The notes: generated from the letters alone by a model not told the origin. Positions 49,607 to 59,826 are shown, numbered from the stretch's first letter. The stretch is DNA of 64,000 nt from Candidatus Kaelpia imicola (GCA_030765505.1 JAVCCL010000026.1:34679-98678), one strand, 5' to 3'. Program-made: numbers and translations.

Positions 49607-49913
49607 AACAGCTAATTATATATGGATAGAAAGACTTTCGCCAGCTGTTTTATTCTGGTCTCCAAATTGACAGCAAATGTTAAAAGGTGTTGAAATCCTT
49701 CCGTAATATATAATCCTGATGATTACAGAAGTACTCTCCTTGTCAGAAAGCATAGGTAGACCGACCCTGATTAAAAATAGCCTGCATAAAACAGTTGCTA
49801 ATTTAGACTTGCCTACCTATACGTTAAAGATATAAAATATTTTACATAATGCAGTATAGAAGCTGCATAAAAGATATAGATTAATAACAGACAACCTCTG
49901 GGGATTGTTTATT

Positions 49914-50420
49914 ATGAGCCCAAAGAGATATCATCTTATATTTGCTGAGATAGCCCTTATTTTAGCTCTGGTTAATACTTTACTGGTATCTATACTGAAT
50001 GGCCCCTCTTATTTAAAGTCATGCCTGAATAAGCCCAAAAATCCCGTTATCCTGCTTTTTATACCTACATTAGGTATTATTTTCGCCTTAATTGTCATAA
50101 TAGGCTGGATAAAACGACATTATTACAGGGGTTTTGAAACTAAATCTGATTTTATAAAATACGGTGCCATAAAAGGATTTCTACTGCCGATTACAACACT
50201 CTTAGGAGGAAGCGTTGTTGCCCATTCAGTCTCTATATTCTACGTGTTGAACAACAGCTTAACCCCCGGAATCTGGACTGTTATAATACGTTGGTCAGAA
50301 TTCTATCTTTATCTTCTGCCAACCGTTATCTTTTCTCCTTTATTGATTATCTTTATTGCAACCGGAGCATTAATTGAAAAAAGAGCATATCATGAAAAAA
50401 GGAGCGAGAAGAATAACTAA
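49914..50420 (+). CDS. Hypothetical 4-TM membrane protein
   Basis: Four hydrophobic segments. ATG 49914 is preferred because the truncated paralog at 24029 starts at the equivalent Met. Confidence 0.75.
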   Translation: MSPKRYHLIFAEIALILALVNTLLVSILNGPSYLKSCLNKPKNPVILLFIPTLGIIFALIVIIGWIKRHYYRGFETKSDFIKYGAIKGFLLPITTLLGGSVVAHSVSIFYVLNNSLTPGIWTVIIRWSEFYLYLLPTVIFSPLLIIFIATGALIEKRAYHEKRSEKNN

Positions 50421-50587
50421 AGAGAATAAGATTGAAATCTTTAAGATTAAAATTAGGAGTAGTTGTGTTGCTGTATGTAACAACCATCTGACAGAAGGTG
50501 TAAGTCGCATTCAGGCACTTGAGAGAATACATAAAGCTCTTAAGAGAAAAAAGAGAGCAGTTTAATGCAAAAGGAGGTTAAGTTAAA

Positions 50588-50938
50588 ATGAAGATTGGGT
50601 TGTTAATAATTCTATCCCTTATAGTTGTGTTCTGCTTTTTTGCCGAAGCAGATGAATATGATCATCTTTACACAAATGGCTACCTTAACGGCAGAACATT
50701 TGATTATGAAACAGACGATTGGGAAGGAGATGAGTGGTCTTATGAGAATGACGTCTACATGTTTGGATTGATAGACGGGCTCTTCTGGACAAACTATAAT
50801 ACTATGATTAGGTTGTATCCCGAAACCTATTATCCAAACAGGGAAGATATAGCAGATAAAGCAAGACAGTACTATATCAATACTCCTTCGCGAAAAGATA
50901 GACCAATAGTAGAGTTAATGCTTAGTGGCTGTAATTGA
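50588..50938 (+). CDS. Hypothetical exported protein
   Basis: Strong SD AAGGAGG, signal peptide and an acidic/aromatic mature part. Confidence 0.75.
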   Translation: MKIGLLIILSLIVVFCFFAEADEYDHLYTNGYLNGRTFDYETDDWEGDEWSYENDVYMFGLIDGLFWTNYNTMIRLYPETYYPNREDIADKARQYYINTPSRKDRPIVELMLSGCN

Positions 50939-51068
50939 ATAAGGTTGCTGCTTATAGTTTTAATAGTAATCTTGTCAAGATGTACTTGTTAAAGTCTTGG
51001 TGTGTGGATATTATATACTATATCTTTCCAGATAATAAATTACTTCAATAAGCAGAAAGGAGAATCTT

Positions 51069-51548
51069 ATGAAAAGAGAGTTGGTAACGTTAAAGACAAG
51101 CGAAGGAGAGATCAAAATTAAACTTATGAGTAATGCTGCGCCTAAAGCATCCGAGAACTTTCTGGGTCTTGCAAAAAAAGGTTATTATGATGGAGTCATA
51201 TTCCATAGGATTATAAAAGGCTTTATGATTCAGGGAGGAGACCCTGCAGGAACGGGAGGCGGCGGAGAGTCAATATGGGGTAAGCCTTTTGAAGACGAAG
51301 TAACTGAAGAAGTAGTATTTAACAAGCCCGGCTTAGTTGCAATGGCAAATTCCGGATCTAATACCAACGGCAGCCAGTTTTTTATAACAACCGCTCCAAC
51401 TCCCTGGCTTAATATGAACCATACTATCTTTGGTGAGGTCGTTGAAGGCTATGATGTAGTTCAAAAATTAGAAGAATCAGCTACTGATAGTCAAGATATG
51501 CCCATAGAAGAGAAAAAGATATTAGAGGTTGAAGTAAAGGCTGAGTAA
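51069..51548 (+). CDS. Cyclophilin-type peptidyl-prolyl cis-trans isomerase
   Basis: 'FHRIIKGFMIQGGDP.GTG.GG.SIWG', 'AMANSG.NTNGSQFFIT', 'HTIFGEV'. Confidence 0.96.
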   Translation: MKRELVTLKTSEGEIKIKLMSNAAPKASENFLGLAKKGYYDGVIFHRIIKGFMIQGGDPAGTGGGGESIWGKPFEDEVTEEVVFNKPGLVAMANSGSNTNGSQFFITTAPTPWLNMNHTIFGEVVEGYDVVQKLEESATDSQDMPIEEKKILEVEVKAE

Positions 51549-51569
51549 TAAAACAATACAGGGAGAGAT

Positions 51570-52019
51570 TTGAAGAAGACACATATTGTCTTAATCATAG
51601 CCATTCTGTTTAACATATCATCTTTTGCCCCAGGAGAAACTCAAAAAAGAAAAGAGATAATAGGGGGGATGTGTGAATACAGGCTATACTCCGGAAAAAT
51701 TAGAGTCTTAGATATCAAAAAGACTGAACGTTCAAAATTACAGGCCAGAATGTACGGCGGGCCAGAATATGAAGGTTATGAGATAAACTACAATTTTATT
51801 TCTGATGAGACGATAGAGGAAGGGTTTGCAAGGGAGTGGATAGAAAGAGAGCAGATTTTCAGATTCTTCAACTCCTGGCTTCCATCAGAGAAATATATAG
51901 TGACTCACGATATAGAGGTAGGAAGAATCTATCCTGCAGAGATGATGGTGATACAGAAAGGCACCTGTACGCCGGTTCTTGTTGAAATAGAGGGCTGGGA
52001 GAGAAATATAAGCTACTGA
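51570..52019 (+). CDS. Hypothetical exported protein
   Basis: TTG start after GGGAG, a signal peptide and two Cys ('GGMCEY', 'KGTCTP') that could form a disulfide. Confidence 0.7.
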   Translation: MKKTHIVLIIAILFNISSFAPGETQKRKEIIGGMCEYRLYSGKIRVLDIKKTERSKLQARMYGGPEYEGYEINYNFISDETIEEGFAREWIEREQIFRFFNSWLPSEKYIVTHDIEVGRIYPAEMMVIQKGTCTPVLVEIEGWERNISY

Positions 52020-52155
52020 AAATACTCTTTAGATTGGCCATTCGAATTAATCCTATTTAAAAAACATATATACAAACGGTGTATTTATCTTTTACAGTAA
52101 GATTCTTATTTCCAATACTTTAGAACACATCTCTACCATTAATTTCTAATACAAT

Positions 52156-52184
52156 TTGCAACATTATTTAACATATGATATATT
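52156..52184 (+). promoter_or_regulatory. Putative sigma70 promoter
   Basis: TTGCAA - 17 bp - TATATT with extended TG. Confidence 0.55.
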
Positions 52185-52225
52185 TAGTTAAAGGGGTTTT
52201 GAACTATACACAATGAAGACCAAAT

Positions 52226-53092
52226 ATGAATAAGGTAAATATTGCAATTACAACAATGCTGATTTTTCTGCTTCTAAGCTGCACTGCCAATGCCAGACGA
52301 ATCAAAACACCCTTATCGCTACCTTTAGCTGCATTCTTTCAATCAGATAATTTTATTCTAGAGCAGTGGGATAATCTTGACCAAGGCATTAGCTTTGAAG
52401 TAGGGGGTGATTACAGCATAATCTCTGCCGAAATAAAAAGAGTTGGCAGCTGGATAATATTCAATATTGTAGGATTATCTGCAGAGGAACTAACATTTGA
52501 GATTCAGGATTTTATAGCTGAAAACTTAGAGAGCTCTCTTCTTGAACGCCAAACCTCTGTCGTGGTTATTCCTACTGTAACAAGTAGAAACCTGCTAATG
52601 GAAGATAGAGCCAGCATATTCAGTTTATCGCTTAAAGAGCTGAGTATGATTATTAATGACCTCAATAACGAGGGGGATGGTTCAGGATTTCTCCTGCTTA
52701 AGCCGGAGAAGAGGAATGTTTTACATGATTTAGCAATATTCTTAGATGAAGAGTTAACATTGATCAGCAACAGAAGTGAAAGAGAAGAGATATTGAGCGC
52801 CCTTTCCAGCAGTAAAGAAAATTTGCTTGGAATCTTAAAGGAGATGTATGATAGATATCAGGACGTAGACCTATCTTCTGAATATATATCAGTTGGCCAT
52901 ATAGCTATGCCTAATGAGAGAATAGACAGAAAGATCGAATGTATAAGAGAAGCTATATATCTACTAAAGACAGATATCTCAAATCTAATCTATAGAATAT
53001 TCTATTTTAGATATATGCAGCGGAGATTCAGAATAACAGATTCAGGAACTATAATTTGGAATGGCCAGACATCCTCAGGCAGTTTAAATTAG
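52226..53092 (+). CDS. Orphan exported protein
   Basis: Signal peptide ending ANA|RRIK. No recognisable domain. Confidence 0.72.
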   Translation: MNKVNIAITTMLIFLLLSCTANARRIKTPLSLPLAAFFQSDNFILEQWDNLDQGISFEVGGDYSIISAEIKRVGSWIIFNIVGLSAEELTFEIQDFIAENLESSLLERQTSVVVIPTVTSRNLLMEDRASIFSLSLKELSMIINDLNNEGDGSGFLLLKPEKRNVLHDLAIFLDEELTLISNRSEREEILSALSSSKENLLGILKEMYDRYQDVDLSSEYISVGHIAMPNERIDRKIECIREAIYLLKTDISNLIYRIFYFRYMQRRFRITDSGTIIWNGQTSSGSLN

Positions 53093-53227
53093 AATCTCCC
53101 CATTTTCTTTTAAAGTTAAACCCACCTTAAAACAGAGCTATACTTATAGACTTTTTGCTTTAAATTGAAAATGATAATCAATAGTGTTATAATCCAAAAA
53201 ATGATAAACTAAAAAAGAGAGGTAAAT

Positions 53228-53722
53228 ATGGCTAATTTTTCTTTTGATGTTGTTTCTGAGGTTGATCTTCAAGAAGCAGATAATGCAATAAATCAGGCCA
53301 AAAAAGAATTATTCAGGCGTTACGATTTTAAAAACAGTAAATCTTCTATCGAATTTGATCGCAAAGAGAAAAAGATAACCTTAACAGCAGATGATGACTA
53401 TAAATTACGTGCTCTTAAAGATATTCTCTCAGCAGGTATGGCTAATAGGAAGATATCTATTAAATCTCTTAAATTTAACGACTCTGAGAAAGCATCTGGA
53501 ATGAGTCTTCGTCAAACAGTAGATATCTGTACAGGTATCGAGAAGGAAAAAGCGAAAGAACTTGTTGTCGGAATAAAGAAGCTGAAATTAAAAGTGCAGA
53601 CTCAGATAGAAGGAGAGAAGCTGAGAGTTAGCTCTCCCAAAAAAGATGATTTACAGGCGGTCATTGAGTATCTTAAGAATTTAGATTTCTCCCTACCTCT
53701 TAGTTTCTGTAATTATCGTTAA
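53228..53722 (+). CDS. yajQ: YajQ family nucleotide/c-di-GMP-binding protein
   Basis: 'SFDVVSEVDLQE..NAINQA', 'RYDFK', 'KLKVQ.QI.GE.LRV', 'KDDLQAVI', 'F.NYR'. Confidence 0.95.
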   Translation: MANFSFDVVSEVDLQEADNAINQAKKELFRRYDFKNSKSSIEFDRKEKKITLTADDDYKLRALKDILSAGMANRKISIKSLKFNDSEKASGMSLRQTVDICTGIEKEKAKELVVGIKKLKLKVQTQIEGEKLRVSSPKKDDLQAVIEYLKNLDFSLPLSFCNYR

Positions 53723-53817
53723 GGTAGCATTTATGCTGTCAAGCAAAAGAAATATAGACCACACCCGTAGTATGCAACAACTGTAAAATCACCATATATT
53801 CAAGTATCACCTCTCGC

Positions 53818-53847
53818 TTGACAAGTATAACTTCATAGTAGTAAACT
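53818..53847 (+). promoter_or_regulatory. Putative sigma70 promoter
   Basis: TTGACA (53818) - 18 bp - TAAACT (53842). Confidence 0.5.
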
Positions 53848-53945
53848 ATTTACACCATGCGGCAAGGTAGTTACAGTGTAAAATCTGGATAAAATAAATA
53901 AAAGCAGCCCAAGAAGGGTTATTTTTATCTTAAAGGAGGTGAAAC

Positions 53946-54194
53946 ATGGCAAAATTAAACGCAAAAGCTCTCGGCCTCAGCTTAGGTATTATTTGGGCGG
54001 TTGCTGCATTTATTATGGGAATTCTTGCAATGACCTTCGGATATGGAGGAATTTTTGTCAAAGCATTAGGCTCTCTTTATATAGGCTATGAAGCAACATT
54101 AAAGGGGAGTATAATCGGTGCTATCTGGGGCTTTATTGATGCTGGAATTTGTGGAATTATTATAGCCTGGCTGTACAATAAGCTGGCAAAGTAA
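53946..54194 (+). CDS. Small 2-3 TM membrane protein (family often annotated as holin-like)
   Basis: SD AAGGAGGT. 'ALGLSLGIIW...LGSLYIGY.....GSIIGAIWGFIDA...G.IIAWLYN'. Confidence 0.8.
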   Translation: MAKLNAKALGLSLGIIWAVAAFIMGILAMTFGYGGIFVKALGSLYIGYEATLKGSIIGAIWGFIDAGICGIIIAWLYNKLAK

Positions 54195-54316
54195 AACAGA
54201 GAGCAATATAAAAAAAGGAAGTAAACATGGAAACCTCATCCTGTTGTTTGTTTTTTCTCTACTGCATAGTATAATTACGGAAAGATTACTAGAATAGTTT
54301 TAAAAAATAATTTTAA

Positions 54317-54493
54317 ATGTTTTATTTTCTATTAAGAATAGTACTCATTTATCTCTTTTTTCGTTTCATCTTTAAGGTTATCTTCTTCTTTGTCAATCTT
54401 AATAAAGACAGGTCTGGCATTTATCAAAAAAAGAGAGATGATAGATTCAACGATAAGAATATAGTAGACGTCGAATCCAAAGAGATGGAATAA
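54317..54493 (+). CDS. Small membrane protein (58 aa), not in the ORF track
   Basis: MFYFLLRIVLIYLFFRFIFKVIFFFVNLNKDRSGIYQKKRDDRFNDKNIVDVESKEME*: one TM and an acidic 'IVDVE.KE' tail. TATAAT lies upstream (~54269). Confidence 0.6.
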   Translation: MFYFLLRIVLIYLFFRFIFKVIFFFVNLNKDRSGIYQKKRDDRFNDKNIVDVESKEME

Positions 54494-54512
54494 GAAAAAG
54501 AGAGATGAAAAG

Positions 54513-54848
54513 ATGAACATACTGGTTAGAAATCTATCACGGGATACAAACGAAGTAGAACTTAAAAAACTATTTTCACCGTTTGGTAAGATAGCATCAT
54601 TCAATATAGTAGTCGACGGAGCAACAGGGGAATCCAAAGGGTTTGGATTCGTCGATATGCCTAATAAAGAAGAAGCAGTTGCAGCCATAAAACAGTTGGA
54701 CGGTGAAACTCTTAAAGGTGAAAAGATAAGGGTTAAGACGACTAAGAGAATCAATACCGCTACTAAAAATAAGATGATAAGGCGTTATAAGAATTACAAA
54801 TTAAATAGTAGCTCAGGGAGCTCAAAGCAGGCAAAGAGACTCAGGTAG
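54513..54848 (+). CDS. RRM (RNA recognition motif) RNA-binding protein
   Basis: RNP2 'ILVRNL', RNP1 'KGFGFVDM' and a basic tail. Confidence 0.93.
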   Translation: MNILVRNLSRDTNEVELKKLFSPFGKIASFNIVVDGATGESKGFGFVDMPNKEEAVAAIKQLDGETLKGEKIRVKTTKRINTATKNKMIRRYKNYKLNSSSGSSKQAKRLR

Positions 54849-54859
54849 TACATTTTCCT

Positions 54860-56251
54860 ATGAAGTCTAATAAAAAAATAGCACTACAGACAGATACCCA
54901 AATCCCGCCTGATTTTGATTACAATAGAGAATTTAAAAAAGCTTTCAGCCTGATGGAAAACAGCGATAAGAATATTTTTGTAACAGGTAAAGCCGGTACC
55001 GGGAAATCTACACTCTTAGAATATTTTAGAATAAATACCGATAAGAGAATCGTTGTATTAGCGCCAACAGGGGTAGCGGCTATTAAAATTAGAGGTCAGA
55101 CAATACACTCTTTCTTCAGATTTCCGCCGCGGCTAATTCAAAAGCAGCATATTAAGAAGCTGCGTAACAAGAATCTAATAAAGAATATAGACGTAATAGT
55201 GATAGATGAAGCATCAATGCTGCGAGCCGACCTATTGGACGCTATTGACTACTCCTTAAGATTAAATAGAGCTAATGATATACCTTTTGGCGGCGTTCAA
55301 TTGATAATCTTCGGAGACCTCTTTCAACTACCGCCGGTGGTTGAATCTGAGGCCAAAGATCTAATGACCGATATCTATAAGAGTCCCTATTTTTTCAGTG
55401 CAAAAGTATTTAAAGAGATCGATTTAGAATACATTGAGCTAAAAAAAATCTATAGACAGAGAGATAATGATTTTATAGAGCTGCTCAACAGAATACGGGT
55501 AAAGAAGGCCACAAAGGGAGATCTTGATTTTCTAAACAGACGCTTAGATTACAACATAAAAAATAATTCTACTGGTATAGTCACCCTGACAACCACGAAT
55601 AACCAGGCAAAAAATATCAATATCAGCTACTTAAATGAAATTAACTATAGAGAATATCAATACGACGCAGAGATAAGTTCTAAATTCAAGGAATCATCTT
55701 ACCCTGTAGAGGCCAAACTGAGGTTAAAAAAAGGAGCTCAGGTGATGCTGGTTAGAAATGACTCTCTTAAAAGATGGGTCAACGGAACGATTGCTGAAAT
55801 AGTAGGCTTAACTCAATCAGATATAAAAGTAGCTATAGATGGAGAGATACATAAAGTTCATAGAGTATCATGGGAAAAGATAGAGTACAGCTACAACTCT
55901 TTAGATGACAAAATAGAAGAGGAGATTGTGGGTTCATTTGAACAATACCCGATCAAATTAGCCTGGGCTATAACGATTCATAAAAGCCAGGGCCAAACAT
56001 TTAATGACGTTATTATAGATATGGGCTTCGGTGCTTTTACACACGGACAGACCTACGTAGCGCTTAGCCGCTGCAGGACCCTAGAGGGAATACTGCTTAA
56101 GAGCCCCATAACTCATAGTGATATTATCTTTGATGACAGAGTCTATCAATTCCAAAAATCGTTTAAAAATGAAAAAGGAGAACTAAAAAAATATGCCGAA
56201 CCAGAAAAGAAGAAAAGATGTAAGAAATCTTGCGATTATAGCGCACGTTGA
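54860..56251 (+). CDS. PIF1/RecD-like SF1B DNA helicase
   Basis: 'TGKAGTGKST', 'LAPTGVAA', 'QTIHSFF', 'IDEASM', 'PFGGVQ', 'GDLFQLPPV', 'AWAITIHKSQGQT', 'YVALSR'. Confidence 0.93.
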   Translation: MKSNKKIALQTDTQIPPDFDYNREFKKAFSLMENSDKNIFVTGKAGTGKSTLLEYFRINTDKRIVVLAPTGVAAIKIRGQTIHSFFRFPPRLIQKQHIKKLRNKNLIKNIDVIVIDEASMLRADLLDAIDYSLRLNRANDIPFGGVQLIIFGDLFQLPPVVESEAKDLMTDIYKSPYFFSAKVFKEIDLEYIELKKIYRQRDNDFIELLNRIRVKKATKGDLDFLNRRLDYNIKNNSTGIVTLTTTNNQAKNINISYLNEINYREYQYDAEISSKFKESSYPVEAKLRLKKGAQVMLVRNDSLKRWVNGTIAEIVGLTQSDIKVAIDGEIHKVHRVSWEKIEYSYNSLDDKIEEEIVGSFEQYPIKLAWAITIHKSQGQTFNDVIIDMGFGAFTHGQTYVALSRCRTLEGILLKSPITHSDIIFDDRVYQFQKSFKNEKGELKKYAEPEKKKRCKKSCDYSAR

Positions 56252-58028
56252 CCACGGGAAGACTACCTTAATAGATGCACTTCTCAAATATACGGGCGCC
56301 TATGATTTTAAAGAGGGTGAGGTTGCTGTAATGGACTCAAATCCTCTTGAGAAAGAGAGAGGTATTACCATTTTCTCTAAAAACGCTTCCCTGCAATATA
56401 AAGGGGTACAATTCAACATTGTCGATACACCCGGGCATGCTGATTTCGGCAGTGAGGTCGAGCGTATTCTTAAGATGGTTGACGGCGTGCTTCTTCTTGT
56501 TGACGCTTTTGAAGGACCTATGCCGCAGACTAAATTTGTTTTGAAGAAGTCACTCCAGCTGCATTTAAAACCAATACTTGTGATAAATAAGCTTGATCGT
56601 CTCCATGCCCGTCCGGATGAAGTAGCAGATATGACATTTGATCTTTTCTGTGAGCTGAACGCAACTGACGAACAGCTTGATTTTCCGGTTATTTATGCCT
56701 CAGGTAAGGATGGTTACGCGACTCTTGATCTTAATGAGCCCAGAGACTCTATGAAGCCTCTCCTGGAGACTATCCTGCATAGAGTACTACCGCCGATAGC
56801 TAACCCTGATCTGCCTTTTCAGATGCTGGTTACAATGCTTGATTATGACTCTTATGTTGGACGAATTGCTATCGGGCGGGTTTTTCACGGGTCTATCTCT
56901 GTCGGGGATCCTATGGCGCTTGTGAAACGTGATGAAACTATTACAAAAGGTAAAGCAACTAAGATTATGAAGTATCGCGGCCTAAACCGTATTGAGGCCG
57001 ATAAGGCTGCAGCAGGAGATATTATATCTATTTCCGGGATAGAGGATGTAGAGGTTGGAGAGACACTCGCGTCTATTGATAAGCCGAAAGGATTGCCTAC
57101 CATCAAGATAGATGAACCTACAATCTCTATGAATTTTTCTCATAATACAAGCCCTCTCGCGGGTAAGGATGGAGGTAGATTCCTAACATCACGGCATATA
57201 CGGGAGCGTCTTGAGCATGAGGCTATGATTAATGTCGGCATCAACGTCGAAGAGGTTGCGGGAACTGAGCGGTTGAAGGTTTCATGCCGCGGTGAACTGC
57301 ATCTTGCTATTCTTATTGAAACAATGCGCCGTGAAGGGTATGAGATGGAAGTCTCAAGACCCCAGGTTATTTTGAAGAAGATGGGCGGTCAGACGCTTGA
57401 ACCTGTTGAAGAGGTAATAATCGAGGTAGAAGATGAGTATCAGGGTGTTATTATGCAGGCGCTTGGAGTTCGCAAAGCTCAAATACGCAACCTAAAGACA
57501 ACATCAACAGGTGCTATCCGTATGGAATTTGTTATTGCCTCAAGAGCGTTAATTGGGTTTAGAAGCGGGTTTCTTATGATGACCCGAGGCAATGGTATCA
57601 TGTACCAAAATTTTCTTGAATATCAAACCTATAAAGGAGAACTGCCCAGCCGTCAAAGCGGCGTTCTCATTTCACACGGATACGGCGATGCAGTGGCATA
57701 TGCGCTTTATAATTTACAGGCACGCGGGGAGATCCTTGTTAAACCAGGAGAGAAACTATATCAGGGGATGATCGTCGGCGTAAACAACAAAGGAGCCGAT
57801 ATTGTTGTAAACGTTTTACGTGGAAAAAAATTAACCAATATGCGTGCCTCAGGAAAGGATGACGCAATTGTACTTATACCTCCGCGTCAAATTACTATTG
57901 AGTTTGCTCTTGAGTTTATTGAGGACGATGAGTTGGTTGAGATAACCCCCAAACATATAAGGCTCAGGAAATTGCTTTTAACGGAAGTAGATCGCAAACG
58001 GATAAACCGTAGTGCAGAACAAAAATAA
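56193..58028 (+). CDS. typA: Translational GTPase TypA/BipA
   Basis: 'NLAIIAHVDHGKTTL', 'ERGITI.SKN', 'DTPGHADF', 'GELHLAILIETMRREG', 'KKLTNMRASG'. Confidence 0.98.
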   Translation: MPNQKRRKDVRNLAIIAHVDHGKTTLIDALLKYTGAYDFKEGEVAVMDSNPLEKERGITIFSKNASLQYKGVQFNIVDTPGHADFGSEVERILKMVDGVLLLVDAFEGPMPQTKFVLKKSLQLHLKPILVINKLDRLHARPDEVADMTFDLFCELNATDEQLDFPVIYASGKDGYATLDLNEPRDSMKPLLETILHRVLPPIANPDLPFQMLVTMLDYDSYVGRIAIGRVFHGSISVGDPMALVKRDETITKGKATKIMKYRGLNRIEADKAAAGDIISISGIEDVEVGETLASIDKPKGLPTIKIDEPTISMNFSHNTSPLAGKDGGRFLTSRHIRERLEHEAMINVGINVEEVAGTERLKVSCRGELHLAILIETMRREGYEMEVSRPQVILKKMGGQTLEPVEEVIIEVEDEYQGVIMQALGVRKAQIRNLKTTSTGAIRMEFVIASRALIGFRSGFLMMTRGNGIMYQNFLEYQTYKGELPSRQSGVLISHGYGDAVAYALYNLQARGEILVKPGEKLYQGMIVGVNNKGADIVVNVLRGKKLTNMRASGKDDAIVLIPPRQITIEFALEFIEDDELVEITPKHIRLRKLLLTEVDRKRINRSAEQK

Positions 58029-58062
58029 TATTACATTAAAGGTATTGTAAGGTTGGCATTAA

Positions 58063-59826
58063 ATGATAAATTGTAGAAAACTATTACTTCTGAATGTTTT
58101 ATTTATTTTAGTGCTGGCCGTCTTTATAAATTCAAATAACCTTCTGTTTGTATTTATTAAATTTTTATACATTTTATTTTTGCCCGGGGGACTATTACTC
58201 TGTTTTACCAGAAAAGAGGAGGAGACATTTCTAGCGTTTATCTTTAAAGCTTTTTCGGTTAACCTAATTTATCTTATAATTTTTACAGCGTTGATAAAAT
58301 TTGTCTATCCCCCTTTAATGCTCAGTAAACTCTATCTGATAAACATAATTTGTTCCGTGGCTTTTCTATTTTTCCTTCCGAAAATCCGTCTCAGGGTTAT
58401 TCGTATATCAAAATCAGATATAAAAATACTTATTGTAAGTACCTTTTTTCTGTTTTTATTCATATTCTTGTTTAAGAATTACTTATTTTCCAGATTGGAA
58501 GATATGGGTTCTGTGGTTTACAGCAACTATACATATCATTTTGAAGAAGATAAAATTCAACCGCAGTCCCGCACGTTTGGAAGCGTCTGGAAGAAAAAAG
58601 ATCAGACATATTTTCTCGAGAGTAGAAAAACAGGAAAGATTTATTTTCAAAGTCCGCAACAAGAAAGGTCTATCTGTATCACTTTGGCAATAAAAGGTAA
58701 TGTTGGCAGCAGCGTTGCTCTTAGATGGAATGGGGAACCTTTGGGCGATTTTGTTGTCAAACCATTTAAGTACGAGGGGGGTGCACCTTTTTTGAAAAAT
58801 TATGTTAAATTTGCTAAACGCGGTGTTATCTTCTTTGAGTATACACTAGAGAATATGAGTAAAATAAATGTTTTAGAAATTAACTCTACGCAGAGCGATA
58901 TTTATTGTGAAGCAAGCAGTGAAAAAAAACTTTCCTCTGCTTCAAAATTCCTCTCTGCATATACACTATTTGATTTAATGGAGGTTTATACTTTTAGCAA
59001 GGAATATTTAGAAAGAAACCGAACTGCAGCAGCACAGCCCTTTTTGCATTACTACATAGGAAGCATCGGTTTTCTTTTTTTTGGGATGTCTTATAAAACA
59101 CTAGTATTTATATTTTTAGGTGAATTATTTCTTATCTTTTTGGCAATACAGTCGTTGATAAAGCGAGAGAAAGCATCATTTTTCATAGGTCTTGTTTGTT
59201 TGACGCTTCTCTTTCTATATCTTAAAGATTATGTTTATACATGGACTTTTATTTTATTAGACCCTATATACGTTTTAAATTTTCTTCTGTTTATATATTT
59301 TTTATTAAAAAGAGAGTTCTTTTGGTGCGGGGTATATCTGTTTTTAATGTCATTAGTAAGGTTTCCCGGGTATTTCCTGGGGGCAGGATATTTATTTCTC
59401 TATTCAATATTTTTTGTAAAACGCAACATTGAACAGAGAAAGATTATAAACAGAATCTTTGCTTATACTTTTGTCGGAGCAGTTTTCTTCAACGTTATTT
59501 ATCCATCCATAATACACGGATTTTCAAATTGGTTCAATGTTCTGTATTTTGAAAATATCGGGGAAGAGCACTATAGTAAAGACTATGTATTTTCATTTGA
59601 TAATTTTTTTAATTTCTTTAAAAACATTTTCTGCTATACGTTTTTTACGCCATTTTTAATATTATTTCGAAGAGACAAGCTCGCATCTTTTTTGATTTTA
59701 AGTATAATTCCCTACAGCTTGATTTTGGCAACAGTTGAAAACGCTCAGCTTTATTATATGTTTCCAATAGTATCTATCTGGTTAATCGGAGGAATGAAAA
59801 TCTTAAATCCCGAAAAAAGGAAATGA
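58063..59826 (+). CDS. Polytopic membrane protein with a large soluble loop (GT-C-like architecture)
   Basis: About 12 hydrophobic segments, 'LFLPG', and a ~180-aa hydrophilic beta-rich loop. Coupled (ATGA) to a radical SAM gene. Confidence 0.6.
   Translation: MINCRKLLLLNVLFILVLAVFINSNNLLFVFIKFLYILFLPGGLLLCFTRKEEETFLAFIFKAFSVNLIYLIIFTALIKFVYPPLMLSKLYLINIICSVAFLFFLPKIRLRVIRISKSDIKILIVSTFFLFLFIFLFKNYLFSRLEDMGSVVYSNYTYHFEEDKIQPQSRTFGSVWKKKDQTYFLESRKTGKIYFQSPQQERSICITLAIKGNVGSSVALRWNGEPLGDFVVKPFKYEGGAPFLKNYVKFAKRGVIFFEYTLENMSKINVLEINSTQSDIYCEASSEKKLSSASKFLSAYTLFDLMEVYTFSKEYLERNRTAAAQPFLHYYIGSIGFLFFGMSYKTLVFIFLGELFLIFLAIQSLIKREKASFFIGLVCLTLLFLYLKDYVYTWTFILLDPIYVLNFLLFIYFLLKREFFWCGVYLFLMSLVRFPGYFLGAGYLFLYSIFFVKRNIEQRKIINRIFAYTFVGAVFFNVIYPSIIHGFSNWFNVLYFENIGEEHYSKDYVFSFDNFFNFFKNIFCYTFFTPFLILFRRDKLASFLILSIIPYSLILATVENAQLYYMFPIVSIWLIGGMKILNPEKRK

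Noticed and set aside
50374-50565. 63-aa basic ORF
   Set aside because: It overlaps the upstream gene and has no clear SD or recognisable motif. It could be real but I cannot support it.
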